Shown one piece after another: positions 37,901 through 50,100 of a stretch of DNA of 64,000 bases. Every line of letters begins with the position of its first letter. Positions within the stretch are counted from its first letter, which is position 1. A program made the position numbers and the translations under genes. A model generated the notes under the pieces. It was given only the letters and a program-made list of their open reading frames with translations, ran no database searches and was not told where the DNA came from. The stretch spans positions 38,006,001 to 38,070,000 of the forward strand of contig NC_058384.1 of the NCBI RefSeq assembly GCF_018350175.1. The letters run 5' to 3'. This DNA comes from Felis catus (taxonomy: Eukaryota).

Positions 37901-39779
37901 TGCATCTAACAAATTACTATCCACTTCTGCCATTCCACATAGGGAATGAATAGTAGATCTACTACTAAAGTACAAATCTAAATATGTATCTTAAAAATTT
38001 TACATTTTTTTAGAGAATTGAAGTGAAAGGCTGCCTACATACATAGTGGGGCAGAGCTGGATGTAATGTTTTACACAAACCATAAAAATACTGTTAGCAT
38101 AGACCACTGGCAAAAGGTGCATTAGTGCATCTCAGGAAGCCTGCAAAAAATGGATTTGACAAATTCTCTCATGTGCTGGCTTGATGGAGAGCTAAAGTGA
38201 ATTTAGGTGTGGAGCTTTGCAATACCCAGATAAAAATTCAAATAGGGACAATAAGAATAGTTATAGAAAAAGTCATTTGGCGAAGGAGAGATTCAGGAAT
38301 TCTGATGAGAATTAAAAGGATGAAATTTGGGAAAAAGAAAAATGTTATTGCAGGTCTATAGACAAATATAGCCAGGTCAGATAACTGAGTAAACAGAAGA
38401 GGAAAGGAAATGAATCTCATTAGATGCCACTGGAGAGGTGCAATTTAGATTTGATTAAAATAGATTCAGAACTGGAATTCATCAATAAGGAAATATGCAG
38501 TGTTTAAAAGTAAAAACAGGTTTCATTATAGAGAAAAGAATTTTATTTATATAAGTAAATATTCATAAAACTGAACATGAGAATATGGTGAAAATCATTT
38601 GTTTACAGACAAAAATACAGAGTAACAGTAGTTACTCTGTAGTTTAAGGAAGTAAACTATACCTCCCCACCCCCCACTTCCCTATCCTGCCAGGTAGAAT
38701 CAAAGGTATGGATAATGTTTTTTTAGTATAGACCACAGAATGGACACAGAAATTGTGGTAGGAAGCTTTAAGAATTTATCAGAAAACATCTGGTTTAAAG
38801 ACAGTGGATCACATATTGACTTTTCCTCTTCTTCTTGTAGAAAACGCCTAAAATCAATTTGGGGTAAAAAAATTTAATTTTTAAATTTTGTTAAAAATTT
38901 TTAAAAAATTTAAAAGCCCTCCATCTTTGATCAAATTAGCAGATACCTTAATCTCAAATCACAGTATATGAAATATATAAAAACATGTTCCTAGATGGGA
39001 AAAAATAGGCTGCCAAACTTAGTAATAGGCAAACAGAAGTGTAGGAAGATTCTTAGAGGATGCAGATGTTACATATCTCTGACACAGCTGGTAAGACACA
39101 GATCTCTCAAGTGGCACATAGTGAGGGCCAATACTTTCTTTTTTAAAGGAAGAGAATGCATGCAGTGTCTGGATCTAGTTGGAATGACAAGGAAGCTGAT
39201 AGGGAGGGGTAAGTAAGAATAATACATAGAAGTCCTATGTGTAGAAGCAATCAGGAAGCAAGCAGGATGAAAATGAGAGAATCCGCAGTGTGAGTAGCTC
39301 CAGTCTCTGTTGGCCGAGACCAGAAAGCCTAAGAGAACTTGCTGTTGCAAGGTAAACCGCTTTCAAAATAACTATTAATCTGTGAAGATCTATGCACAGT
39401 GACTAAAAAATAAGGAAGGAAGATGCCATGATACAATATAGAAATGATAGCAAATAAATAAATAGAAAAACACTTTGTTGAAGGAATTGCCACTTTTGGA
39501 AAACAAGAAAGAGATACAAGATTCAAAGTAGATACAGCAGAAGGATCTGGTGGGGCTCAAGAAAGAAATGTGAAATAGAAAAAATCAATATATTGCAGAA
39601 TTGAACACCATTGTTGAAAGCAACACAACGAGGTATAAATCTAGCTGAAAACATAGTAAGGCATATACAGTGATGAAACCAAACAAGATACAAAGCAAAA
39701 GACCTATGACTGAAAAATGATTCAAGAGAAAATATAAATATTCAATACGGATAAATGAGATTTGGCACTGTCTCCCCTG

Positions 39780-41810
39780 GATACTTCATGATTGGGACTT
39801 CCAACCTTAGCTTTTGTGGTTCTCTTTCTTCTCCATATCCAATGTCTGGCCAAAATAATTCCAGATCAATGCATTTCTTAGATATAATAGCTTATTCATT
39901 TGGTTTATAATCTAGTGTTGCACATCTGGGAGTCATTATGCCTTTCTAAAATTATTGCACTTTTTTTCCTGCTCTAAGCCATATACTTGACTCTAAATTT
40001 TATCTCAGGATTCAGTCCTACTTTCCTCATTTCAAAATTATTGAGGAGCTCCACATGATATTTTCCAATTCTTCTTTCTCTCTCTTGAAGTTTTTCTCCC
40101 TCTTCTGTTATGCCCTTTGGCATCAAACATGCCATTATTTCTCACATCTTAAAAAACTAAAATCCAAACCAAAAACCTCTCCTGGTTCCATGTCTCCTTC
40201 CTTCTACTGCCCCATTTTTTTCAACTCCTCATTACAGCAAAAATCCTATATTTCCTGTCTCCAAGTTCTCTCGTCCTAATTTTCCTTGATACAAATCTAA
40301 GCTGGTTTCCATCTGCACACAATAATGCCTGCCCTACACTGTAAATCTGGTGAGCAATCCTCAATCCTCATCTAATTTGATTGGCGAGCAGCATTTGACA
40401 GTTAATCTCTCTTTACTTTGTAAAATACTTTCTATCCCTGGCTTTCAGGACACTACTTGCTTACCTCTTTTCTTAGTTCACTGGCACTCCTTCTCAACCT
40501 TCTTTGCTATTTTTTTCTCATCCCCCTGACTTTTTAAAAGATGTTTATTCATTTATTTTGAGAGAGAGAGGGAGAGCCTGCAAGCAGGGGAAGGGGGAGA
40601 GAGAGAGAGAAGAAAGAGAAGAAAGAGAATCCCAAGCAGGCTCCACACCGACAACATAGGACTTGAACCCATGAATCATGAGATCATGATCTGTGTGGAA
40701 ATCAAGAGTCAGATGCTTAACCGACTGAGCTACCCAGTGCCCCTAATCCCCTTGACTTTTAAACCTTGGAGAGTCCTAAGTTTCAGTCCTCTGATATCTT
40801 CTCTAGCTATACTCACTCCCCAGTGATCTCATCAAGTCCTGTGGACTTCAATATCATCTATTTATATCTCACACTTAAATTTCTCCCTTAAACTCTGGAC
40901 TTATAGTTCTTACTACCTACCTGACATCTTCTATTAACTATCTAAATAAGAATCTCAAATTTAACATGTTCGAAACCAAACTTCTGATTGCCACCAAACC
41001 TAGTTCTCCTAAAGACTCCCTATCCTATGAATTCCTCATGACAAGAACTATGGAGTCATCAATGACTCCTCGTTTTCTCTCAAAACCTACATGTGGTACA
41101 TCATAAAATTCTGATAGCTCTATTTTCCAAATTTATGTGGAATTAAACCTATCACCCCTATCAAAGCTATTACCTTGGTTCAACCTGTTATGCCAGGATT
41201 ATTGTTGCCTTATAATTACTTTCCTTTCCTCTCCCTTTAACCCACTCTCATCTATTCTCAATATTGTAGTCACAGAGATCCTATTTATATTCTAATTCAG
41301 AGCACTGTTATTCTCCTACTTAAGACCTTCTCATCTTACTGTAAAATCTAAAACCCATACAATGGTTCGTAATCTAGCCTCCCCCTAAAGTTCTACAGAA
41401 TGCCTTTCATCACTTATCTCTCCATTCCAGTGTTTGCCATTCTGCCATTCAATCACACCAAGTGGTTTCCACCTCAGGGACTTGGTTCTCCTGGTTCTCT
41501 TTGCCAAGAGTGCTCTTTCTCAGCTTCATGGCACAGTCCTTCATGCCCTCCAAGTCTCTGCTTAGATTGTCAGTAAGGGAGTCTTCCTAAAAACCTTAAA
41601 TAAAATAGTAACCTTCCCTGGCACTATTTCCATGCCTTAACTTCTCTCATCCTGATCGTTTGCCTATACATGGCATATTGTATTTTTAATTGTTTACTCA
41701 TTAGCTTTTTACTAGATTACAAACTCCATGAAAACAAACGTACATGTGAACACCTCATAAAACAGTACCTGGTGCTTAACAACTATTTATTGAATGACTA
41801 GATGAAATAC
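39780..41810 (+). mobile_element. L2 (L2a-like), ~2 kb, interrupted by a SINE
   Basis: agcagcatttgacagtt..ggctttcaggacact, tcactccccagtgatctcatc, tctcaaatttaacatgttc; 3' end ctagattacaaactccatga..cagtacctggtgct..tatttattgaatga. Confidence 0.85.
40531..40743 (-). mobile_element. CanSINE within L2
   Basis: Reverse SINEC body; flanks atccccctgactttt / atccccttgactttt. Confidence 0.92.
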
Positions 41811-42645
41811 TAACGACAGAATCTAATCAGAGCTGAGCCATGTCAGTGCTCAATAATTTTCAGTAGCTGCCCTTGGTCTCTATCTCCTCCTCTTCTCTTG
41901 GGCTCAGAGTCTTTCTTGCAACTTACTCTCATCACAGATACGACCGTTCTGTTATACAGGGTGAGCTGTGGTTCCCAAGACAACAGAGACCACATTTCTC
42001 AAGAGGAGGGTTCTGGCAGGATGCAGCTCCAGAGCATTCCTGATCCTGCACCATCACCTCACTCTTTCTTGTGAGTGCCCCTCAAATCTGCATCGTGCTG
42101 GATGTTTACTGTTTTGCTGATGATACCAGTGGTAAATAAGTCTCCTCTAGTCACCAAATTCGTAAAACAATCCTTCTCTTTCCTATGGATTAGGGCTGGC
42201 ACAAACCATATACTGAGGTTCAATCTCCTTCTCAGCCTTAACACAGGAGTCAAGATACAATACTCAAATTCAGCAGCATGCTTAGTCATGTGGCCTAGGA
42301 CAATGTACAGGAGACTGCAGAGACTGCTTCACACGGACACAAATAATTTATTTGTACTGTTATGTAAGTATTAACCTAATTCTTATGGGCTGGGGATATA
42401 TCACAGCTGTTGCTTAGGAGTCTATCACGTCAGGAGGGGAATGTCATTATCATAGAATATTTTCCTCTTCTCCTTAAAGAAATGGTGCCATATCATTTCT
42501 CAGAAGGCTGTCTTATCTCACCTCTGTGTGTCCTTGTACATCCTCAGGCTGTAGCCCTTATCTCCCTGAACCTGAGGGAGAGCAACCCTGCCCACCTCAA
42601 TCCAATTCATGTCTTACATTTTAGGAGTTCCGTTCTCTGTGCACT

Positions 42646-43070
42646 TGTTATGGGTTGAATTGTGTCTCCCAAAAAGAGGGTTGGTGTCTTAGGACCCAGC
42701 CTATAAACATGACCTTACTTGGAAACAAAGTGTTTGCAATGATCAAGGGCAATATGACTGGTGTCCTTGTAAAAAGTAGAATTTGGGGATGAGAGATAGA
42801 CGTGCACGCAGAGAGAACACCATGTGAACATGAAAGCAGAGATTGGGATAATGCATTTATAAGACAAGGGATGCCAAAGACTGCCAGAAAACTACCAGAA
42901 GCTAGAAGACAGACATGGAACAGATTCTCCCTCACAGCCTTCAGAAGGCATCAACCTTGCTACCACCTTGATTGGGCACTTCCAGCCTTTAGAATTGTGA
43001 GACCATAAATTTCTGTTATTTAATTCATTATTGTGGTCTTCTGTTACAACAGCCCTAGGAAACTAAGATA
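42646..43070 (+). mobile_element. MaLR solo LTR (MLT1C-like)
   Basis: tgttatgggttgaattgtgtctcccaaaa ... gttacaacagccctaggaaactaagata; 5-bp TSD gcact/gcatt. Confidence 0.88.
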
Positions 43071-43673
43071 GCATTACAAATGGCTTTCTCTCTTAAAACA
43101 CTAGGCCTGGTACATTCAGATTTAATTTGCCTGGAGTTGGTTTTTTGAAGACTGTCCAGCCCCACCCAACTTTATTTACTCTTGCTTTGAATTCTTACAT
43201 TTTTTTCCTTCAGAGACCAGATGTTCCTCAATCTCTTATACTGAGATTTGAAAATACTGTAATTTCAACAAACACAGAAAACTTGTCTTAAGACTCTTTG
43301 ATAGCATTATTTGTAGAAGTCACTGTGGCAAAAATAATATATATATTATATATTATATACATATATATATATAGTAATACAAAAATTGAAATTGTATTGG
43401 TAAAAGTCTACCATGCACAACATATTTGATGTTACAGGAGCCAATGCATTTAGCTATGATTTTTCAAAATGCCTGGTCCTATTAAAACTGTTAGAAAAGC
43501 AATGGATTATATTAAATATATATTTATATAAACATATTTATATTATCCAGATTATCTAGATACTACTGAAGAAATTCTCTTTTAAATAAAAGTATTCTGG
43601 AAAGCCTTGCAGAAAAAAAATCTATTGGTTATAGTTTTGGTGTTTAAAGCTTCATTGTTTTTTGTTCTCTACT

Positions 43674-43891
43674 TAAAAAAATGTTTTTCTAATGTTTATT
43701 TCTTTCTGAGACAGAGACAGACAGAGCATGAGTGGGGGAGGGGAGGGAGAGAGGAAGACACAGAATCAGAGCAGACTCCAGGCTCTGAGCTGTCAGCACA
43801 GAGCCCGACATGGGGCTCGAACTCACAAACCATGAGATCATGACCTGAGCCGAAGTCAGTCGATCAACTAACTGAGCCACCCAGGCGCCCC
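43674..43891 (-). mobile_element. SINEC_Fc-type CanSINE
   Basis: Ends actgagccacccaggcgcccc; TSD tgttctctactt on both sides. Confidence 0.95.
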
Positions 43892-44130
43892 TGTTCTCTA
43901 CTTTTAATTCCATTGATTCTGTTTTTGTTTGTTTGTTTGTTTTTCTTTTTACTCCACAGAATATAGATTGCTTTGCAGGTTTCATTCAAAACCATATAAA
44001 GCAATATAAATAAATGATTACATAATTAAAGATGGTTTCAGAGAGAAGAAATCCTGTGATCTTTAATTACATTTAGTACAGAAGGGATTTCTACCCAAAT
44101 CTGAGTTTCTCCTTTAAAATCACTGAGGAA

Positions 44131-44345
44131 GGGGTGCCTGGGTGGCTCAGTCAGTTAAGCACCAGACTTCAGCTCAGGTCCTGATCTCACAGTTCATGGG
44201 TTCAAGCCCCAAGCCCCACATCGGGCTCTGTACTTACAGCTCAGAGTCTGGAGCCTGTTTCGAATTCTGTCTCTCTCTCTCTCTCTGCTCCTCCCCCATT
44301 CATGCTCTGTCTCTGAAAAATAAATGTTAAAAAAAAAAAAAATTA
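44131..44345 (+). mobile_element. SINEC_Fc-type CanSINE
   Basis: ggggtgcctgggtggctcagtcagttaagc head; internal caagccc duplication; TSD aaatcactg(g)agg. Confidence 0.95.
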
Positions 44346-44559
44346 AATCACTGGAGGCCACAGTCTAACTACCAGACTATAGTAACAGATTAAAAGCAAA
44401 ATGGGTGTGTTTATTCAGTTCAGTGCATATCCTGGCTCTCTCTCTCTCTGATCTTCTCATGCACTGAGGGTCTGGGGCATAAGCATAAAGCCCAATAGTG
44501 ACAATCCCACTGTCTTACCCCAGCTGACCCTCTGCATTAAAGAGGCCACTCACTTATTA

Positions 44560-44770
44560 GGGGCGCCTGGGTAGCTCAGTCGGTTAAGTGTCTGACCCTT
44601 GATTTCGCTTAGGTCATGATCTCATGGTTCTTGGGATCGAGCCCCATGCCGGGGCTCGGGATTCCCTCTCTACCTCTCTCTCTTTGCTCTTCCTCCACTT
44701 GTTCTCCCTGTCTCCCTTAAAATAAATAAGTAAACTTAAAAGAATAAAATAAAATCTTAAAAAAAGAAAA
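44560..44770 (+). mobile_element. CanSINE (older subfamily, short middle)
   Basis: ggggcgcctgggtagctcagtcggttaagtgtctgacccttgatttc; flanks aagaggccactca/aagagaccactca. Confidence 0.92.
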
Positions 44771-45199
44771 AGAGACCACTCAGCTGGCTGTGTGTGCTGG
44801 TTGAGGAGGCAGGACTTCAAGGCCTGGGATTAGAGTCATGTATCTGCCAATATACTACTTGCATGAGCTAACTCAAGTCGCTTAACATCTGCAATGTGAG
44901 GATAGTATGGTATATAATGATTAGCACACTGCCTGGAACATAGGAAACACTGAAATATATCAGTCAACTTATTTATTCAATATTTGCTAAACTCTCAGCG
45001 TGTCAGCACTATGCTGGACTTCAGGGATCCAAAATCAATTAGTAACTGTCATCAATTAATCACCAGCCCAGCCTTTACACTTTGCACTTAACACATTTGT
45101 TTGTAACTATTTTTGCACATATAGTTACAAACCAAAAGTCAAGTACTATCACAGATGTAGACTAATAGAAGTATGTTTGTAGGAAAATGAGTGGCAGGA

Positions 45200-45470
45200 C
45201 AGTACAGTGGTTGAAAGCTTGAACTCTGGGACCACACTCACTGGGCTTGAATCTCAGCCCTTTTGCTACTGACTGTGTGATCTTCGGGAGCTTATTTAAC
45301 TTCTCTATACTTTGGTTCCCTCACTTATAAAATAGGAGATGATAAGAGTACCAAATCAAAGAGCTATTTAAGTGAATAGAGATACAAACAAGTGAATTTA
45401 TGTAAAACACTAAGTACAATCCTGGCACATGTAAAATGTGTTATAGAAGTGTTTGTTGGCATTATTATGG
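45200..45470 (+). mobile_element. MIR, near full length
   Basis: cagtacagtggttgaaagcttgaactctgg..ctgtgtgatcttcgggagcttatttaacttctct..cctggcacat. Confidence 0.8.
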
Positions 45471-45479
45471 ATGAAAGCT

Positions 45480-46260
45480 AAGGCTACACAGAAGACAAAT
45501 ACAATTTAGTAATTACAGGCAGTTAAGTAAGAACTTCTGAAAGAGGTTTCAGAAAGGCCTTGAAGAATAATTAGGAAATGGACAGGGGCAGATTTAGAAG
45601 AGGATAGAATGCATTGTAGGTGGAAGACAGTGTATAAGCAAAGGCAGAATTTAAATAATACAGTGTAAAGCAGTAGCAAATAATCCAAAGTCTTTGCAAC
45701 ACAGAAAGTTCAGTGAAAGGGGAAGGAGAGCAGGAAATTATGTTGAGAAGCAGATAGCAGGTAGAGTGTATGATGTACGACAGCCTAGGGAGTGCAGGTT
45801 TTATTTATCGGTAATAGGGGCCATTGAATGTGTTTGAAAAGAGAAATAAAGGCATGTTGATTCAGTATTCAATAAATATTTCCTGAGTGTCTTTTATTTC
45901 AAGTAGTGAGGATACAATGATTAATAAATGAGATCTGGTCCTTTCTGTTCAGAAATTTGTACTGTAGTAATGGGAGGCAGGCAGTAAACAATGTGCTCAT
46001 ACTTTAAGATTGTTTTAGATTGTGTAATTAAAGAGGATGATATGATGGAGTCACAGGGGATTGGGACTTTTTGTATTGAGTGGTCAAGAAAAGATTCTCT
46101 GAGAATATAACATTTGAGCTAACACCAGAAGAAAGAACAAGAACCAGCCACACAGGGAGAAAAAAAGGATAAAGCCAGGCAGAGAACAGCAAGTATGTAG
46201 GCCCTAAAATAGTAAAGTGTTCAGCGTATTCAAGGAGCAAAGTGTTCTTCCACTATGGCT
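45480..46260 (-). mobile_element. L2 fragments
   Basis: attcaataaatatttcctgagtgtc; gtggtcaagaaaagattctctgagaatataacatttgagctaacaccagaaga. Confidence 0.65.
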
Positions 46261-46281
46261 GAAAGTAAGTGAGGGAGAGGG

Positions 46282-46635
46282 TGTAGTAGTGACAAATAAT
46301 GATTTGCACTTTCCCTTCTATGGTGCAGGGTCGTTAGGAAGTCATTGTCCAGCCAGTCACCTCACTTCCTTCTTGCAGCTTGATGGGGTCATGTGACTAG
46401 TTCCATTTGTCAGCTGGGTATTTGTCCCCAGGGCAACCTTGGAAGCTTCTTGTTAAAGATGGAAAAGGTTTGTCTGGCTGGGTGCCTAAATGGGTAGAAC
46501 ATAGTCCTCTCCCACCCACCCACCCTATTATCCTACCTTAGACTAAGTAAGTAGGAAATTAGCTTATGTTTTAGCAAGTCACTGAAGTGTTAAGATTTGC
46601 TTGTTATAGAAGCCAGCCGTACCTTAAGCAGTACA
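46282..46635 (+). mobile_element. Old MaLR LTR (MLT1I/J-like)
   Basis: tgtagtagtg start, ggggtcatgtgactagttc, ends cttgttatagaagc..ttaagcagtaca. Confidence 0.55.
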
Positions 46636-46772
46636 TGGAGTGCATAGAATAAAATGAGATCAGAGAAGGACCAGATTATGTGAGACTTTACAAAAAACAA
46701 TGGCAAGAAATTTAGAGTTGTATTTTCAAATTTCTCTGCAGATAGCATCCTATAAAAAAAATCCTCAAACTC

Positions 46773-46947
46773 GGGGTGCCTGGTGGCTCAGTTGGTTAAG
46801 TGTCTCACTCTTGATCTCGGCTCAGGTCATGAACTCACGATTCACGAGATCAAGTCCCACGTCAGGCTCTGTGCTGACAGTGCGGCACTTGCTTGGGATT
46901 CTCTCTCTCCCTCTCTGTCTCTGCCCCTACCTGCTCGCTTTCACTCA

Positions 46948-46997
<50 letters not shown>

Positions 46998-47016
46998 AAA
47001 TAAATTAAAAAAAAAA
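46773..47016 (+). mobile_element. CanSINE with long (CT)n tract
   Basis: SINEC head; (TC)n ~46951-46994; TSD aaaa(t/c)cctcaaactc. Confidence 0.94.
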
Positions 47017-47524
47017 CCCTCAAACTCACATAATAACTGAACTCATCATTTTTCCTAACTCCCACTAGCTTCCCCTCTGTACTCCCTCTTCACCATGAAT
47101 ACAAAGTTATTGAAACCTACCAATTCCCAACAGAAGAGAAAAATTAAAGGAATAAAATGGCAGTGGATAAAATAAATGCATAGTTAGGAAGCATTCCCAC
47201 TACAGAAGAATTGCAGTGTGGTATACTGAAAATTACTTTGACCTTATCTTTATTAGTAGGTGTTCTTGTCTTGCAGTCCTGGTTCTGCTACTTACTGGCT
47301 GAAGACTGGTGAGCCACTTCCTTAGCCTCTGCACATCATTCATATTATATGTACACCAGTGGCCTCTATGTCTAGCCATGATGAAAACACAAGTCATAAA
47401 TTGTGAATTGACTGCTCTGACTTAATGGGTCAATCTCAAAATATCTAATCATTTCTTAAAAATCCAGAATTTTCAAAATACTTTAAATATGCCAGGGATT
47501 CTTCTTTCACTTTACTTTGTTTGA

Positions 47525-47808
47525 TTTATATATATATATGTATATATATATGTATATATATAGAATTATATTATATTAATATATTTATTATATATTATAC
47601 TTATTATATATTTAATTATATTTATAATTAAAATATTATATTATATAAAATATAAAATAATTATATAATTAATTATATTATAAAAATAAATATATATGTT
47701 TTAGATTAATATATATTAATTATATATAATCTAAAAAAGTAAATATATATGTATATGTATGTATATACATATATATACATACATGTACATATATATATGT
47801 ATATACAT
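47525..47808. repeat. ~280-bp AT-rich low-complexity tract with (TA)n/(TATG)n
   Basis: Direct reading; almost no G/C between 47560 and 47750. Confidence 0.9.
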
Positions 47809-48637
47809 CTGGAGAATTACTAACTGCATTTTGTCCTGACCTCACATGGTGAGTCACTCAGTTGACCTCAGAGCTACGTGAATTTAGGTCTTAATAGAAA
47901 GATTTCAATGTAAAACTTGTAAAGGAAGCATTCTGTCCTTTTCTGCTATGTAGTAATCTGTGTAAATACTTCATCCATGTGATGATCATTCAGTTCCTTG
48001 CATTGTTCAGAGGCCTGTCAGGTGCACAAGAAGGCTTTCTAACGATTCTGAGCTGAAGGTAAAGGATTTTGCTTTTTTGTGGATTATTTTGCGGAGCCTG
48101 GAATTTAAATGTTTACCGTCTTTCACCTTCTTCTTTTATCCTAGTCCAGTGTTGTTACTAGGGAGACAACTGTTTAGCCAAAAATGCATGATAAATAACT
48201 TGTCTTTAATATCAAGTAAAAAGCAAAATACTTCAGGAGGTAATTCCATCAATAGTTGTTCTACATAATAAGCAGAAAGTTGTGTATACTTCACACTTCT
48301 GACTTTTGTTTACGTGCATTTTATTATCTTGTGAACGGTTACGGCAGTGAAGTGCACAAAATTACTTAAGTAGTCTTGATTCTGGTTTCCTAATACTCAT
48401 TAGGTTTCCCTTTCTTTCTTTTTACCTCCTTCCCCTTTTACCATCCCTGCTCAAGTTAGTGTAAAGAAATCTTGGTTTCCTTTGTGGCTTTTCTACTAAA
48501 TAGTTACGCAAATGTGACCAGTTATTTTAAATTTCTGGACCTTGGTTTCCTCATCTACTGTATATAAGGTCTTTCCAAACCATAATTTTTTTTATTAATT
48601 TTGAGTATGTCCATAATGGGCAAATGATCACAGAGTC

Positions 48638-48875
48638 AGTAGAGCAGAGTATTTAAGAGCATGTGTTTTTCGAATCAAATGCAGGAAGTTCAAATCCTAC
48701 CTTTGCCAAGAACAAGTGTGTGACCTTGGTACAATTACTTAAACTGCCTAAGCCTCATTTCCATCAACTGTAGAATGTGGATACAGACCTAACCTAACTC
48801 ATGTTTGTTAAGTAGTACACATAATCTAGTGCCTGACATAAAGTAAGACACTTAAATATTGGTTTTTACCAATAT
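48638..48875 (+). mobile_element. MIR
   Basis: tttaagagcatg..gttcaaatcct..tgtgtgaccttggtacaattacttaaactgcctaagcctcatttcc. Confidence 0.8.
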
Positions 48876-49545
48876 TAACAGAGATATCCCTCTGGGTAGA
48901 TGACTTGGAAAAAAAGAAAAAGTTTCCACTGTTAAGCAGGTTTAGTCTCCAGAGTATAGGTTAGCCAGAGGATGGCACCTTTGTGCCAAGAAATGGGCAT
49001 CCCTCTCCATACAGTCTAGTGGGGGATCCCGATCATGAGGGGTAGTGATGAAGCAGACAGGCTCCAGAGAGCTGAAGCTTCTGTGTGAGGAGGAATATTT
49101 GGAGAGAAGACCCTGAACGTGCATTTCTCTGGAGACCAGACTGAAAAAAGACTCTTTGCTATTTGGAACACTTTGTCTTAAAATTTAGAAAGAGAAAGCA
49201 GTTATTTTATACAATTCTCTCATCTAATTGAATCCCCTTAGAGGTGTTATCTTTTAATCTGAACAGAAGGTTAGAGTAAAGAAAATAAGGGTAAGAGCAA
49301 TTCTTCTATTGTTGATGGACCTAATGAACCAGAAATATTGCTGGTGTTGCAAACTGTAACTATTTTGAACTCAGAAAAAAAAGTCTTTCTGAATTATACT
49401 GTTTTCTTAATAGGAATACTAAAATTAAAATGATGCATAAGATATGCATTGCTTATGTTAATTCCCCTGTGAAACAGCATTGCCAAAGGCACCCCAACTC
49501 TTTTTTTCTGTAAAGAAAACATTTTTTCCTGTTTCCCAAAGATGC

Positions 49546-50100
49546 AGAGGTAGGCAGAATTTCTAAAATGAACTCCTAAAGATGCACCATCTTAACTCCA
49601 GGAATCTGTGAATATGATGAGACAGCTCTCCCATGATGATGCTATGCAATAATGGTACAGTGACCTTAAACATGGAGAAAACTGGGTGGGCTTGATATAA
49701 TCACATGAACCCTTGAAAGCAGAGAGCTTTCTCCCACTGATGGCAAAAGAAGTCAGAGCATATAAGAGGTTCGAAGATGGAAGAGGCCACATGACAAGAA
49801 ATATGAGCAGTCTTTAGGAGCTCAAATTGGACCCAGGCTAACAACAAGTAAGGGCACATGGAGCTCAGTAGTAGAGGGCAAGGAACTCCATTTGGCCAAT
49901 GATTGAACAAGGTTGAAAGTAAAATCTTCCCTATACCCTACAGGTAAGAGACCAGTCCCACCCAGACCTGGATTACTGTCTTGAGAGACCTTCAGTAGAG
50001 AATCCAGCCATGGGGTGTCCAACCTCTGATTTGCAGAAACCATAGGATAATAAACCAGTGTTGTTTAAGTTGCTACATTTATGGCAGTTTGCTATGCTGC
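49546..50100 (+). mobile_element. MaLR LTR (MLT1E-like), extreme 3' end missing
   Basis: ggtaggcagaatttctaaaatg start; aataaaccagtgttgtttaagttgctacatttatggcagtttgctatgctgc. Confidence 0.8.

Noticed and set aside
38780-39760. A-rich stretch resembling old L1/HAL1 ORF1 on the plus strand
   Set aside because: Too decayed to delimit or assign by eye.
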